From contig CAWCPV010000004.1 in the NCBI GenBank assembly GCA_963797555.1, forward strand, positions 608,001-672,000: a stretch of 64,000 bases of DNA, in the 5' to 3' direction. Within the stretch, counting starts at the first letter, position 1, and each line of letters starts with the position of its first letter. The DNA is from an uncultured Gammaproteobacteria bacterium. GTDB taxonomy: Bacteria; Pseudomonadota; Gammaproteobacteria; CAWCPV01. The notes under the pieces are model-generated. The model saw only the letters and a list, made by a program, of their open reading frames with translations. It was not told the origin of the DNA and made no database searches. Shown one piece after another: positions 19,878 through 32,443 of this stretch. Both the position numbers and the translations under genes were made by a program.

Positions 19878-20948
19878 ATGTCCGCCCGTCCGGCTCCGAG
19901 AGACTACCAGCTCGTTCCCACGCGGCTTCAGGAGCCTCTGGCCAACGGCGCGACGCGCTGCCACTTGTGCCTGTGGCGCTGCGGTCTGCGGCATGGGCAG
20001 CGGGGCTTCTGCCAGGCTCACGTTAACCGCCACGGCACCCTCTACAACCTGTCCTACGGCATCATCTCGTCCATCGACGTGGGGCCCATCGAAGGCAAGC
20101 CGGTGCGCCATTTCCGGCCGGGAAGCCAGGTGATGTCGGTGGGGAGCTATGGCTGCAGCTTCCGCTGCGGCGGTTGCCACAACCTGGAGATCTCCTGGGG
20201 GGTCACGGCTCTGGATGACCTCGCCAGGGGCCAATCGACGGCCGCCTACGTGACCCCGGACGATCTGGTGGCGGCGGCCCTACGGCATGAGGTGCAGGGC
20301 ATCGCCTTCACCTATTCGGAGCCAGCCGTGTGGCTGGAGTACGTGCTCGACGTCTCCGTTGCGGCACGCGCCGCCGGGCTGTACACCGTGTACGTCTCGA
20401 ACAGCTTCGTGACGGACGAGGCGCTGGAGCTGATGGCACCCCATGTCGACGTGTTGTGCTCCGACATCAAGAGCCTGGATGACGGGTTCTACCGCAAGCT
20501 ATGCAAGGCGGCGCACGTGAAGCAAGTCTTGGCCGCGATCGAGACCGCGCACCGCCTGGGTCTCCACGTGGAGACGCGGACCAACGTCATCCCCGGAAAG
20601 AACGACGACCTCCGAATGCTGGCCGACATTGCCCGCTGGATCCGCGATCACCTGGGCCCAGACAGTCCCTGGCACATCACCAAGTTCTTCCCGGCCTACA
20701 AGCTGAGTGACGTCCCGGAAACCCCGAGCGACACGCTGTGGGCGGCTCACGACGTGGCACGAGAGGTCGGCTTGCGCCATGTCTATGTTTATGGCGACAA
20801 GGGCTGCGACTGTGCAAAGGAGAACCTGCCGGCGGCCGCCTATCTTGCGGCTGATCCGGGCACCCTGCACTCGGTCAAGAAGTGTGCGGCCTCCTGCTGC
20901 GGGACGGAGGGTGTGCTGCTGAAGAAATACGAGCAGTCCCCAAGTTAG
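19878..20948 (+). CDS. AmmeMemoRadiSam-type radical SAM enzyme (AmrS-like)
   Basis: N-terminal CHLCLWRC..GFC, PIEGKPVRHF, CSFRCGGCHN, IAFTYSEP, WHITKFFPAYK; extra Cys-rich tail. Confidence 0.85.
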   Translation: MSARPAPRDYQLVPTRLQEPLANGATRCHLCLWRCGLRHGQRGFCQAHVNRHGTLYNLSYGIISSIDVGPIEGKPVRHFRPGSQVMSVGSYGCSFRCGGCHNLEISWGVTALDDLARGQSTAAYVTPDDLVAAALRHEVQGIAFTYSEPAVWLEYVLDVSVAARAAGLYTVYVSNSFVTDEALELMAPHVDVLCSDIKSLDDGFYRKLCKAAHVKQVLAAIETAHRLGLHVETRTNVIPGKNDDLRMLADIARWIRDHLGPDSPWHITKFFPAYKLSDVPETPSDTLWAAHDVAREVGLRHVYVYGDKGCDCAKENLPAAAYLAADPGTLHSVKKCAASCCGTEGVLLKKYEQSPS

Positions 20949-20974
20949 TCGACCTGCACTCTGTAAATGTGTGA

Positions 20975-21186
20975 GAGCTTGCGCACAAATCGTCGCGGGC
21001 CGCCCGAGAATAAGACGTGCGGCGCACAGCGACGAGCCGTGTCCCATAGAAAGACGATGAGCGACCGAATGGCAGGACAGCCATTCGGCACGTCCGCGGG
21101 ACGCCCCGAAGGGGTGGCGTACAGGGAGGTACGCCATGACCACCGCGCTCGGTATCGGGACGCGCAACAGATCCGTCCACGAGCCC
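20975..21186 (+). mobile_element. MITE family copy 3
   Basis: TGA|GAGCTTGCGCACAAATC ... GATCCGTCCACGAGCCC|TTA; ~78-bp core matching copy 2 with about one mismatch. Confidence 0.75.
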
Positions 21187-21216
21187 TTAGTCCGGGCACC
21201 ACGCGGTCGCCGAGCG

Positions 21217-21930
21217 ATGGCTGAGGACCGCAAGAAGCTGCCTGGCAATGCCTCCGACGCCGACGTCCGGGCCTTCCTGCGTCAGGTGGCGGAGACGCCC
21301 GCCCCCTGCGTCGGGGGTGCGCGTGGCCGCCTCATTTTCGCGATGGACGCGACGGCCAGCCGGGAGCCGGCCTGGGACCGGGCCTGCCACATCCAGGGCG
21401 AGATGTTCGCCCAGACCGCAGCTCTGGGTGGGCTCGACGTCCAGCTCGTCTACTATCGCGGCTTCCGCGAGTTCGGCGCCAGCGCCTGGCTGTCCAACAC
21501 GGAAGAGCTACTGCAGCGCATGACCTCCGTGTTCTGTCTGGGGGGCTATACGCAGATAGCCCGAGTGCTGCGTCATGCTCTCGCCGAGACCGCCGGGCGC
21601 AAGGTGAACGCCCTGGTGTTCGTGGGCGACTGCATGGAGGAGGACCGGGACGAGCTGTGTCAGCTCGCCGGCGAGCTGGGCCTGCTCGCGCTCCCTGCCT
21701 TCATCTTCCACGAGGGCGACGACGCCGCGGCCGGGCGGGCCTTCCGGGAGATCGCAAGACTGAGTGGCGGCGCGTACTGCCGCTTCGATGCCACGAGTGC
21801 CCGCCAACTGCGCGAGCTGCTGAGCGCCGTGGCCGTATACGCTGCCGGCGGGTGGCACGCCCTGGAAGGCTATGGCCAGCGCACCGGAGGCCTCGCCCTG
21901 CAAGTGACTCACCAGATCGCCAAGAGGTGA
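21217..21930 (+). CDS. VWA domain protein
   Basis: MIDAS-like MDATASR, GYTQI, FVGDCMEE; alternative in-frame ATG at 21136 lies inside the MITE. Confidence 0.85.
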   Translation: MAEDRKKLPGNASDADVRAFLRQVAETPAPCVGGARGRLIFAMDATASREPAWDRACHIQGEMFAQTAALGGLDVQLVYYRGFREFGASAWLSNTEELLQRMTSVFCLGGYTQIARVLRHALAETAGRKVNALVFVGDCMEEDRDELCQLAGELGLLALPAFIFHEGDDAAAGRAFREIARLSGGAYCRFDATSARQLRELLSAVAVYAAGGWHALEGYGQRTGGLALQVTHQIAKR

Positions 21931-21945
21931 GCTGGCCTGGCCCGC

Positions 21946-22650
21946 GTGTACCTCCTCCTGGCAGTCCTGCTCGCGGTGACCCTGGTTCTACTGCTGCGCT
22001 GGGTCGCCCGGGCGGAGCCGGCCCAGGTGGCCCGTGCGCTGCGCTGGCTGGCGGTGACCTTCGGGGCGGCGGGTGTGCTGCTGCTCGTGCTCAGTGGACG
22101 CCTGCAGGCGCTGGTCCTTTCTCTGGGTGCGCTGCTCCCCCTGCTGGGGCGGGTCGCCGCGACGTGGCAGCGTGCGCGCGCTGCGGCAGCAACGGCTCGG
22201 GGAAAGCGCTCGCAGGTCGAAACGCGTTGGCTGCGCATGTCGCTCGACCACTCTACCGGTGCCATGGACGGGGAAGTGTTGCAGGGCAGGTTCCGCGGTC
22301 GCGCCCTGGGATCACTCGGACTGGAGGATCTGCTGGACCTGCTGGCCGAGTGCCGCCACGACCGACAGTCCGCGGCGCTGGTTCAGGCATACCTGGACCG
22401 TGTGCACGGAGATGCCTGGCGTGGGAGGGCTGGAGCACACGCTGCCGGGGCACGCGCTCATGCCTCCGGTAAAGGGAAGATGAGCCAGGAGGAGGCGTAC
22501 GAAGTTCTCGGACTCAGCCCGGGAGCAGGCGTGGAGCAGATCCGAGAGGCCCACCGCCGGCTCATTCAGAGGCTGCATCCGGACCGGGGCGGGTCGTCCT
22601 ACCTGGCTGCCCGCATCAACGAGGCCAGGGATGTGCTGCTCGGCGCGTGA
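21946..22650 (+). CDS. Membrane-anchored J-domain (DnaJ-like) protein
   Basis: N-terminal TM helices; C-terminal [30 protein letters not shown]. Confidence 0.9.
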   Translation: MYLLLAVLLAVTLVLLLRWVARAEPAQVARALRWLAVTFGAAGVLLLVLSGRLQALVLSLGALLPLLGRVAATWQRARAAAATARGKRSQVETRWLRMSLDHSTGAMDGEVLQGRFRGRALGSLGLEDLLDLLAECRHDRQSAALVQAYLDRVHGDAWRGRAGAHAAGARAHASGKGKMSQEEAYEVLGLSPGAGVEQIREAHRRLIQRLHPDRGGSSYLAARINEARDVLLGA

Positions 22651-22803
22651 GCCGTTCCGCTCCTCCGCGGCGCGTCGGGCTGTCTCGCGAACTCTGGTGG
22701 CGCGGGCAGGGAGGCTGTTCGACTTCGGCGATCACGCAGCCAGGGAGAAGAACGGGTCTGGACGGAAATCAGAGCAGCCCGGGTCGTTGCGGAGCGAGCG
22801 CGA

Positions 22804-23124
22804 TCACTGCGGAAGAAGTTTGGCTATGCGGAACTGCTCGGCCGCACCCTTGAGATCGCGAAGATCCTGCAGCAATAGGCCGTAGTCGAAGTGCAGCCAG
22901 CGATCGTCGGGGTTTCTGGCGAGCGCCCACCGGTACTCCGCAGCAGCTTGCTCGAAGGTCTCGATCGGGGCATCCGCCTCGCGCCGCAGATCGGAGACCC
23001 GCTGGGCGTGGTCGAGCTGGTTCGTGAACGGAGGGCTCTGCATTCTGTGGACTATCTCCTTGAGCATCCGGCGTCGGTCATGGCTGGTGATCGCAAGCTG
23101 GCGGTGTTCAGATGGAATTGCCAC
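22804..23124 (-). pseudogene. TPR-protein fragment
   Basis: AAAEYRWALARNPDDRWLHFDYGLLL..AAEQFR TPR-like repeat; no clear start. Confidence 0.45.
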
Positions 23125-23289
23125 AGGTTGAGCGTGCTCCCGGCAAGCTCATCCGGCCTAGCCGTGTTAGGGTCCAACCGGCGGGCTGTCCCCGTACTAC
23201 TACCTGGCAGACTGGGTGCCGGCAATCCCTGCCGAACAGGCGGGCCGGAATGAGGTTTGTGGTCTGTCATCGCTATTTCCATACGATGC

Positions 23290-23748
23290 TCAAGCTTTCC
23301 CCGGGCGCCGTTGACCCAGAAAACGGTCCAATTCGTCAGCAAAGGCCTTGCGGTCTCTCGCGTTGAGTGGCGCGGGGCCGCCGGTGACTATGCCGCTGCC
23401 GCGTAGCTCGTCCACAAAATTCCGCAGGCTCAACCGCTCCCGGATATTGTCCTGCGTATAGAGTTCGCCTCTCGGGTTGAGCGCATGGCCGCCTTTCTCG
23501 ATGACGGCTGCAGCGAGAGGGATGTCGGCGGTGATGACCAGATCTCCGGTCTGCACTTCCTCGACGATGTGCTGGTCCGCCACATCGAAGCCCGACGAGA
23601 CCAGGATGGCTTTGATATAGCGCGACCGAGGCGTGCGCACAGGCTGATTGGCAACCAGCGCGAGGGAGATTCTTAGCCTTTCCGCGGCGCGAAAGAGGAT
23701 ATCTTTGATGACGCCGGGACACGCATCGGCGTCCACCCAAATTTGCAT
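23290..23748 (-). CDS. yaiI: YaiI/YqxD (UPF0178) family protein
   Basis: [30 protein letters not shown]. Confidence 0.92.
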   Translation of the reverse strand: MQIWVDADACPGVIKDILFRAAERLRISLALVANQPVRTPRSRYIKAILVSSGFDVADQHIVEEVQTGDLVITADIPLAAAVIEKGGHALNPRGELYTQDNIRERLSLRNFVDELRGSGIVTGGPAPLNARDRKAFADELDRFLGQRRPGKA

Positions 23749-24251
23749 TCAGCTTGCTCCTGATTGAGCGTCAAGGTTTGCACGTCGCATTCCGGCAGCA
23801 GCTTGCGGCGGATGGTCTCTACGGCGCCGCCTTCGAACAGGACGTTGGGCCCTTGCAGCAGTTCCAGAGTTTCTGGCCTCGTCGACTCGCGCTCCCGTCG
23901 GAGTATACATCTCCACGGGCAGTGTGACCGCCGGGCGCAGCGCCTCGATGGCCTCGAACAGCCCTTCTGGTTTCCGTGATGGTGACTGGCATCGGGAGCT
24001 TGCAATTGACTACGACGGACGCTCGCCTAGTCTTGCCTCATCAAGGCAGAAGATTTGCGACACAACCGTAGGTCGCGTATGTTAAACGGTTCGTGAATCG
24101 CTTAGCTCAAGCTGAAAATGTGCCGAAGGCGCCGCACAATCTCCCTCGCCCGATTGCGGGAGAGGGCTAGGGGCGAGGGGGGCCGGTCATGGCGTGACAA
24201 CGGTTTTCATATCCCGGGGCGGCGAAACTCGCCATGAACGGTTAGTGGGCG

Positions 24252-24594
24252 ATGCACGAGATGTCGCTGTGCGAGAGCGTGGTGCAGATCGTGGAGGAGC
24301 ACGCCCGGACACACAAGTTCTCGCGGGTCAACAAGGTTCGGCTGGAGATTGGGGCGTTCGCCTGCGTCGAGCCGGAGGCGCTGCGGTTCTGTTTCGATGT
24401 GGTGACCCGGGGAACGCTGGCCGACGGTGCTCGGCTGGAGAATCCTCGACCTGTCCGGCCGCGCTTGGTGTAGTGTCTGTGATGCGGAGGTGGTGGTGCG
24501 CCAGCGCTTCGACTCCTGCCCGACCTGCGGGAACGAGTGGCTGTCCCCGGTCGGCGGCGACGACCTGAGGATCAAGGACCTGGAGGTAGAGTAA
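24252..24594 (+). pseudogene. hypA: Hydrogenase nickel metallochaperone HypA with a +1 frameshift near 24441
   Basis: MHEMSLC...LRFCFD, then [21 protein letters not shown] in the shifted frame; may be a sequencing error. Confidence 0.85.
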
Positions 24595-25527
24595 TGTGTA
24601 CCACCTGTGGATGCGGCGAAGGCGAGGTCAAGATCGAAGGTCAGGACCCCCCACGCCCTCACCATCCTCATCACACCCACGGGCATGGCCATGACCACCC
24701 GCATCACCACGACCACGGGTCTGGCGAACTGCTGGATTTCGGCCGCGGGCCGGCGCATGCCCATGCCCCGGGCCTGACCCAGGCGCGCACGCTCCAGATC
24801 GAGCGGGACATCCTGTCGTTGAACAACGCCCACGCTGCGGACAACCGACGTTACTTCACAGAGCACGGTGTCTTCGTCGTCAACCTGGTGTCGAGCCCAG
24901 GGTCCGGGAAGACCACTTTATTGGCGCGGACCATCGAGCGCCTCAAGGCCCGGTTGCCCATGGCGGTGATCGAGGGTGACCAGCAGACGACCCGCGATGC
25001 CGACCGCATCCGGGCGATCGGCGTGCCGACCGTTCAGGTGAACACCGGCAAGGGTTGTCACCTGGACGCTCACATGGTCGGTCATGCGCTGGAGCATCTG
25101 GCTGTTGCGGACGACTCCGTGCTGTTCATCGAGAACGTGGGAAACCTGGTTTGCCCGGCGGCTTTCGACCTGGGAGAGGCCCACAAGGTGGTCGTGCTCT
25201 CGGTGACCGAGGGCGACGACAAGCCCCTCAAGTACCCCGATATGTTCCACGCTGCCGGGCTGATGGTGCTGAACAAGATCGATCTCCTGCCCTATGTCGA
25301 GTTCGACCCGCAGCAGTGCGTCCACTACGCCAGGCGGGTGCAGCCCGACATCCAGGTGATGGAGGTCTCGGCTACCCGCGGGGAGGGGATGGAATCCTGG
25401 TGTGCCTGGCTGGAGCGGGGCCGGAATGCAGTTGCCGAGCACCGCCGCAGCACCGTTCAGGCGTTGGGGCAGCGCAACACCGAGCTCGAGGCCGAGGTGG
25501 CGGCGCTGCGGGCCAGGCTGGGGGAAC

Positions 25528-25535
<8 letters not shown>
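24594..25535 (+). CDS. hypB: Hydrogenase nickel incorporation GTPase HypB
   Basis: MCTTCGC, His-rich tract, [27 protein letters not shown]. Confidence 0.95.
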
Positions 25536-27855
<2,320 letters not shown>

Positions 27856-27869
27856 GAGGTACCGAGGGA

Positions 27870-28118
27870 ATGTGTCTCGCCATACCGGGTAAGGTCGTGG
27901 AGATCGGCGACGGAATGCTGGCGACGGTGGATATCGGTGGCGTGCGCCGGGAGATCTCGCTGCTGCTGGTCGACGGCGTCGAGGTGGGCGACTACGTCAT
28001 CGTGCACGTGGGCTATGCCCTGAACCGTTTGGACCCCGAGGAGGCCGAGCAGACCTTGGAGCTGTTCCGCCAAGTGGCACGGGAGTCCGGTATTCCGTGG
28101 CCGCAGGCGGCCCAGTGA
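27870..28118 (+). CDS. hypC: HypC/HybG chaperone
   Basis: MCLAIPG, VGDYVIVHVGYA. Confidence 0.95.
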   Translation: MCLAIPGKVVEIGDGMLATVDIGGVRREISLLLVDGVEVGDYVIVHVGYALNRLDPEEAEQTLELFRQVARESGIPWPQAAQ

Positions 28119-29251
28119 AGTACGTGGACGAGTTCCGTGACGGCCGGCTGGCGGGGGCCATCGCGGAGGCAATCGCCTTGGCGGCCGCCCCGGATCGCGA
28201 CTACCACCTGATGGAGTTCTGCGGGGGGCATACCCACGCCATCCACCGCCACGGCATCCAGGACCTGCTGCCGCCCAACATCCGCATGGTGCACGGGCCG
28301 GGGTGTCCGGTCTGCGTGCTGCCCATGTCGCGGATCGATAACGCCATCCAGCTCGCCCGAACCCCAAATGTCATCCTGTGCACATACGGGGACATGCTGC
28401 GCGTCCCAGGCTCCAACCACGCCAGCCTGTTCCGGGCCAGGGCGGAGGGTGCGGACGTGCGCATGGTGTACTCGGTCATGGACGCCCTGCGCATCGCCCA
28501 ACAGCGGCCGGAACGGGAAGTGGTGTTCTTTGCCATCGGCTTCGAGACGACCACGCCTCCTACGGCGGTGGCCGTCCTCCAAGCCGAATCCCTCGGACTG
28601 CGCAACTTCAGCGTGTTCTGCAACCATGTGCTCACGCCCTCGGCCATCCAGAACATTCTCAATTCCCCGGAGGTGCGGGAGCTAGGGCGGGTGCGCATCG
28701 ACGGCTTCATCGGCCCCGCTCATGTGAGCACGGTGATCGGGAGTCGCCCCTACGAATATTTCGCGGCCGAGTATCAGCGCCCGGTGGTGATTGCCGGCTT
28801 CGAGCCCCTGGACGTGATGCAGTCCATCCTGATGCTGGTTCGGCAGCTCAACGAGGGCCGCGCGGAGGTCGAGAACGAGTTCACCCGCGCGGTCACTCGC
28901 GACGGGAACCTGAAGGCACAGGCGCTGGTGGCCGAGGTGTTCGAGCTGCGGCGCGCCTTCGAGTGGCGCGGCCTCGGGATGGTGCCCTACAGCGCGCTGC
29001 GGATCAAGAAGCGCTACGCGGACATCGATGCCGAGCAGCGCTTCGAGCTGCCCAGCCTGCCCTGGGCGGACCACAAGTCCTGCCAGTGCGGGGCGGTGCT
29101 GCGCGGCATTACCCGGCCCCAGGAATGCAAGCTGTTCGGAAACGTGTGCACGCCCGAGACCCCGGTGGGGCCCTGCATGGTGTCCTCCGAGGGCGCCTGC
29201 GCCGCCCACTACACGTACGGGCGTTTCCGGGACCTTCGGCGGACCGCCTGA
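28115..29251 (+). CDS. hypD: Hydrogenase formation protein HypD
   Basis: MEFCGGHTH, GPGCPVC, GFETT, PAHVST, CMVSSEGACAA. Confidence 0.95.
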   Translation: MKYVDEFRDGRLAGAIAEAIALAAAPDRDYHLMEFCGGHTHAIHRHGIQDLLPPNIRMVHGPGCPVCVLPMSRIDNAIQLARTPNVILCTYGDMLRVPGSNHASLFRARAEGADVRMVYSVMDALRIAQQRPEREVVFFAIGFETTTPPTAVAVLQAESLGLRNFSVFCNHVLTPSAIQNILNSPEVRELGRVRIDGFIGPAHVSTVIGSRPYEYFAAEYQRPVVIAGFEPLDVMQSILMLVRQLNEGRAEVENEFTRAVTRDGNLKAQALVAEVFELRRAFEWRGLGMVPYSALRIKKRYADIDAEQRFELPSLPWADHKSCQCGAVLRGITRPQECKLFGNVCTPETPVGPCMVSSEGACAAHYTYGRFRDLRRTA

Positions 29252-29256
29252 GCGTC

Positions 29257-30306
29257 ATGGCCGCTGCCAGGCGAGGCTACGTCCGGCCTTTGGACCTGAA
29301 GCAGGGGCGCGTCGAGATGGCCCACGGGAGCGGGGGCCGCGCCATGGCGCAGCTCATCGAGGAGCTGTTCGTGCGGTTCCTCGACAACGAATGGCTGCGG
29401 GCCATGAACGACCAAGCCGCCGTGCAGGTCCCGGCGGGCCGCCTGGTGGTCTCGACCGATGGCCACGTGGTCTCTCCACTATTCTTCCCCGGTGGGGACA
29501 TCGGCAGCCTGTCGGTGCACGGGACCATCAACGACGTGGCCATGAGCGGGGCGCAGCCACTCTATCTGACTGCCTCCTTCATCCTGGAGGAAGGTTTTCC
29601 CCTCGCCGACCTGGCGCGCGTCGTGCGTTCCATGGCCCGGGCCTCGACGGAGGCAGCGGTGCCCGTCGTGGCCGGGGATACCAAGGTGGTGGAGCAAGGC
29701 CACGGCGACGGCGTGTTCATCACCACCACCGGGTTGGGCGCGGTTTCGCCGGGCATCGAGATCGCCGCGGACCGTGCACGTCCCGGCGACTGCATCCTGG
29801 TGAGCGGCCCCCTCGGCGACCACGGCGTCGCCATCATGTCGTTGCGCGAGAACCTTTCCTTCGCCACCTCGGTGCAGTCGGACACGGCGCCGTTGCATGA
29901 CTTGGTGGCGGCGATGGTGCGGGCGGCACCCGACATCCATTGCATGCGCGATCCGACGCGCGGCGGCCTGGGGGCGGTCCTGAACGAGCTCGCCCAGCAG
30001 TCCGCTGTGGGGATGCTCGTCCAAGAGTCCCGTATTCCCGTCCGCGAAGAGGTGAGGGCGGCCTGTGAGTTCCTGGGGCTCGACCCTCTCTACGTCGCCT
30101 GCGAGGGAAGGCTGGTCGCCGTCTGTCCGGCGCGCTCGGCAGACCCCCTGCTGGCGGCCATGCGTGGTCACCGGCTGGGACGGGAGGCCGCCATCATCGG
30201 TGAGGTCCGGGAGGATCCTCACTGTTTCGTGGAGATGCAAACCTCCTTCGGCGGCAACCGCGTGGTGGACTGGCTGAGCGGCGAGCAACTGCCGCGCATT
30301 TGCTAG
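29257..30306 (+). CDS. hypE: Carbamoyl dehydratase HypE
   Basis: MAHGSGG, GDIGSLSVHGTINDVAM, DTKVV, RDPTRGG, C-terminal LPRIC. Confidence 0.95.
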   Translation: MAAARRGYVRPLDLKQGRVEMAHGSGGRAMAQLIEELFVRFLDNEWLRAMNDQAAVQVPAGRLVVSTDGHVVSPLFFPGGDIGSLSVHGTINDVAMSGAQPLYLTASFILEEGFPLADLARVVRSMARASTEAAVPVVAGDTKVVEQGHGDGVFITTTGLGAVSPGIEIAADRARPGDCILVSGPLGDHGVAIMSLRENLSFATSVQSDTAPLHDLVAAMVRAAPDIHCMRDPTRGGLGAVLNELAQQSAVGMLVQESRIPVREEVRAACEFLGLDPLYVACEGRLVAVCPARSADPLLAAMRGHRLGREAAIIGEVREDPHCFVEMQTSFGGNRVVDWLSGEQLPRIC

Positions 30307-30310
30307 GCCG

Positions 30311-32065
30311 GTGCGCATCCTGTTCCTCGCCCACAGCTTCAACAGCCTGACCCAGCGGCTATTCGTCGAGCTCACCTCCCGAGGCCACGAGATCTCGATC
30401 GAGCTCGACATCCACGATGCCGTGACCGAAGAGGCCGTGGATCTGTTCCGTCCCGACGTCATCCTCGCGCCTTACCTGCGGCGCAGGATTCCGGAATCGG
30501 TATGGCGCCGGAACCTGTGCCTGGTCATTCATCCGGGGATCCGGGGCGACCGGGGCCCCTCGGCCCTGGACTGGGCCATTATGAACCGGGAAACCGAATG
30601 GGGTGTGACCGTGCTCCAGGCCATCGCCGAGCTGGACGCCGGCCCCGTCTGGGCGGAGGCGGGGTTCCCCATGCGGCTCGCCCGCAAGAGCAGCCTGTAC
30701 CGGAACGAGGTGACCGAGGCGGCCGTCGCGGCTTGTCTTCAGGCGTTGGAACGGGTCGAGGGCGGAGTGTTCCGGCCGCAGCGCCCCGAGCACTCGGATT
30801 CCTCGGTGCGCGGCCGACAGCGCCCGGCGATGCGGCAGGTCGACCGCGCCATCGACTGGAGCGCCGACGACACCGAGACCGTTTTGCGCAAGATCCACGC
30901 GGCGGACGGGTCGCCCGGCGTGTTGGATGCATTGTTCGGGGAGGCTTTCTATCTCTACGACGCCTGGGCCGATGACGGCCTCACCGGGACGCCTGGCGAG
31001 GTAGTGGCGCGCAGGGACGGAGCTATCCTGCGGGCCACGGTCGACGGTGCTGTTTGGCTCGGAAGTCTGCGCAGCAAGCCCGCCGGCCAGCCGACCTTCA
31101 AGCTGCCCGCGACATCGGCGCTGGCCGGCAAGCTCGGCGCAGTGCCCGAGTGGCCCCTGGGCCTCGAGCCCGCCAGCCGCCGGACCTATCAGGAGATCCG
31201 CTATGAGGAGCGAGGTCCGGTCGGGTACTTGCACTTCGATTTTTACAACGGCGCCATGTCCACCGAGCAGTGCCGACGCCTCCTGCGGGCCTACGAGCAC
31301 GCACGAGCCCGGCCGACCCGCGTCATTGTGCTGTTCGGCGGACGGGACTTCTGGTCCAACGGCATGCACCTCAATGTCATCGAGGCTGCGGAGAGCCCCG
31401 CGGAAGAGTCCTGGAACAACATCAACGCCATCGACGACCTGGTGCGCGCGCTGATCACCACCGACCGCCATATCACCATCGCCGCTTTCCAGGGCAATGC
31501 CGGCGCGGGCGGCGCCTTTCTGCCGCTCGCCGCCGACCGCGTCTACGCTCGGGAAGGCGTGGTGGTCAACCCGCACTACAAGGGCATGGGAAATCTCTAT
31601 GGGTCGGAATACTGGACCTATCTGCTGCCGCGGCGCGTCGGGCGCGATCAGGCGCAGGCCATCACCGAGAGCCGGCTGCCTATCGGGGCTCGGGCCGCAC
31701 GTGAGTTGGGCTTCATCGACGACTGTTTCGGGAGCGACGCCGAGTCCTTTTTATCTCATGTACGAGATCTCGCCGATGGACTCGCCCGTTCGCCGGAGTT
31801 CGAGCGCCTTATACGAGAAAAGCGCGAGCGCCGCGCGCGGGACGAGCGCGAAAAGCCCCTGGAGGCTTACCGCAGGGAAGAGCTGGAACACATGAAGCTG
31901 AACTTCTACGGCTTCGATCCCAGCTATCACGTCGCCCGGTACAACTTCGTTTACAAGGTGCCGCACTCTTGGACGCCGCTGCACCTTGCGCGTCATCGGC
32001 GCGGCTCAAGGAAGCACACAGAGTCGGTGCCCTCGGCCGTCGACCCGCTCTCCGCCAGGGGCTGA
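30311..32065 (+). CDS. hypX: HypX/HoxX (formyltransferase plus crotonase; CO supply for aerobic NiFe maturation)
   Basis: FNSLTQR, HPGIRGDRGPSALDWAI, FDFYNGAMST, NPHYKGMGNLYGSEYWTY. Confidence 0.92.
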   Translation: MRILFLAHSFNSLTQRLFVELTSRGHEISIELDIHDAVTEEAVDLFRPDVILAPYLRRRIPESVWRRNLCLVIHPGIRGDRGPSALDWAIMNRETEWGVTVLQAIAELDAGPVWAEAGFPMRLARKSSLYRNEVTEAAVAACLQALERVEGGVFRPQRPEHSDSSVRGRQRPAMRQVDRAIDWSADDTETVLRKIHAADGSPGVLDALFGEAFYLYDAWADDGLTGTPGEVVARRDGAILRATVDGAVWLGSLRSKPAGQPTFKLPATSALAGKLGAVPEWPLGLEPASRRTYQEIRYEERGPVGYLHFDFYNGAMSTEQCRRLLRAYEHARARPTRVIVLFGGRDFWSNGMHLNVIEAAESPAEESWNNINAIDDLVRALITTDRHITIAAFQGNAGAGGAFLPLAADRVYAREGVVVNPHYKGMGNLYGSEYWTYLLPRRVGRDQAQAITESRLPIGARAARELGFIDDCFGSDAESFLSHVRDLADGLARSPEFERLIREKRERRARDEREKPLEAYRREELEHMKLNFYGFDPSYHVARYNFVYKVPHSWTPLHLARHRRGSRKHTESVPSAVDPLSARG

Positions 32066-32285
32066 GGGTCGCTGCTCCGCGAACAGCGATGCGTAGTAAT
32101 TCCAACGCTCTACGGTGCAGGGAATCCGGTCCTGGCGTTCCGAGCTGTCAAGGCTTCCGTGAGTGGGACGGGTCGGAAGGGCCGGCTTGGGTGCCGACCT
32201 TCACGATGCCCGGTGCGAGAACGCGTGGTGCAGACCCGACGGGCGGCGAAACCTAGCCCGCTACGCGGGCTGGCACAACAGGCTC

Positions 32286-32334
32286 AATATATCGAGTCCG
32301 ACCCCGAGAGCCGCATATCGTGTCTGACCCCATT
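32286..32334. repeat. Two orphan Y1-element terminal repeats
   Basis: ATCGAGTCCGACCCC (to 32305) and ATATCGTGTCTGACCCCATT (32315-32334) match the TIRs at 41053, 45520 and 46277-46303. Confidence 0.75.
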
Positions 32335-32335
32335 A

Positions 32336-32381
32336 GTCGCACCTGCACCTGGAAAGGCGACGAAGACTTGGCAGGAAGCAT
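32336..32381 (-). pseudogene. intI: Integron integrase N-terminal remnant (~15 codons)
   Basis: MLPAKSSSPFQVQVR resembles the IntI SP-x-L-D-QVR start; divergent from attI, under a LexA box, cut by a Y1 TIR. Confidence 0.6.
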
Positions 32382-32398
32382 GGCGGCATCCCTTGTGG

Positions 32399-32414
32399 CT
32401 GTATGGATACCCAG
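32399..32414. promoter_or_regulatory. LexA (SOS) box overlapping the intI -10 region
   Basis: CTGTATGGATACCCAG (CTG-N10-CAG); TATACT on the minus strand at 32413-32418 and TTGAAA at 32438-32443. Confidence 0.75.
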
Positions 32415-32443
32415 TATATAGAACTTTTGGAGAACTTTTTCAA

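Noticed and set aside
14707-20234. Long minus-strand ORFs of 783 aa and 733 aa (likewise 57852-60661)
   Set aside because: Antisense shadows of well-supported genes in high-GC DNA, with no recognisable motifs
24140-24185. CCCTCGCCC..GGGAGAGGG palindrome with weak relatives near 6490-6625
   Set aside because: Probably degenerate REP-like repeats, too diverged to define boundaries
32066-32285. Possible riboswitch or ncRNA after hypX (also 6426-6740 and 55440-55730)
   Set aside because: Only generic GC hairpins; no motif I could match. An Rfam scan would settle it
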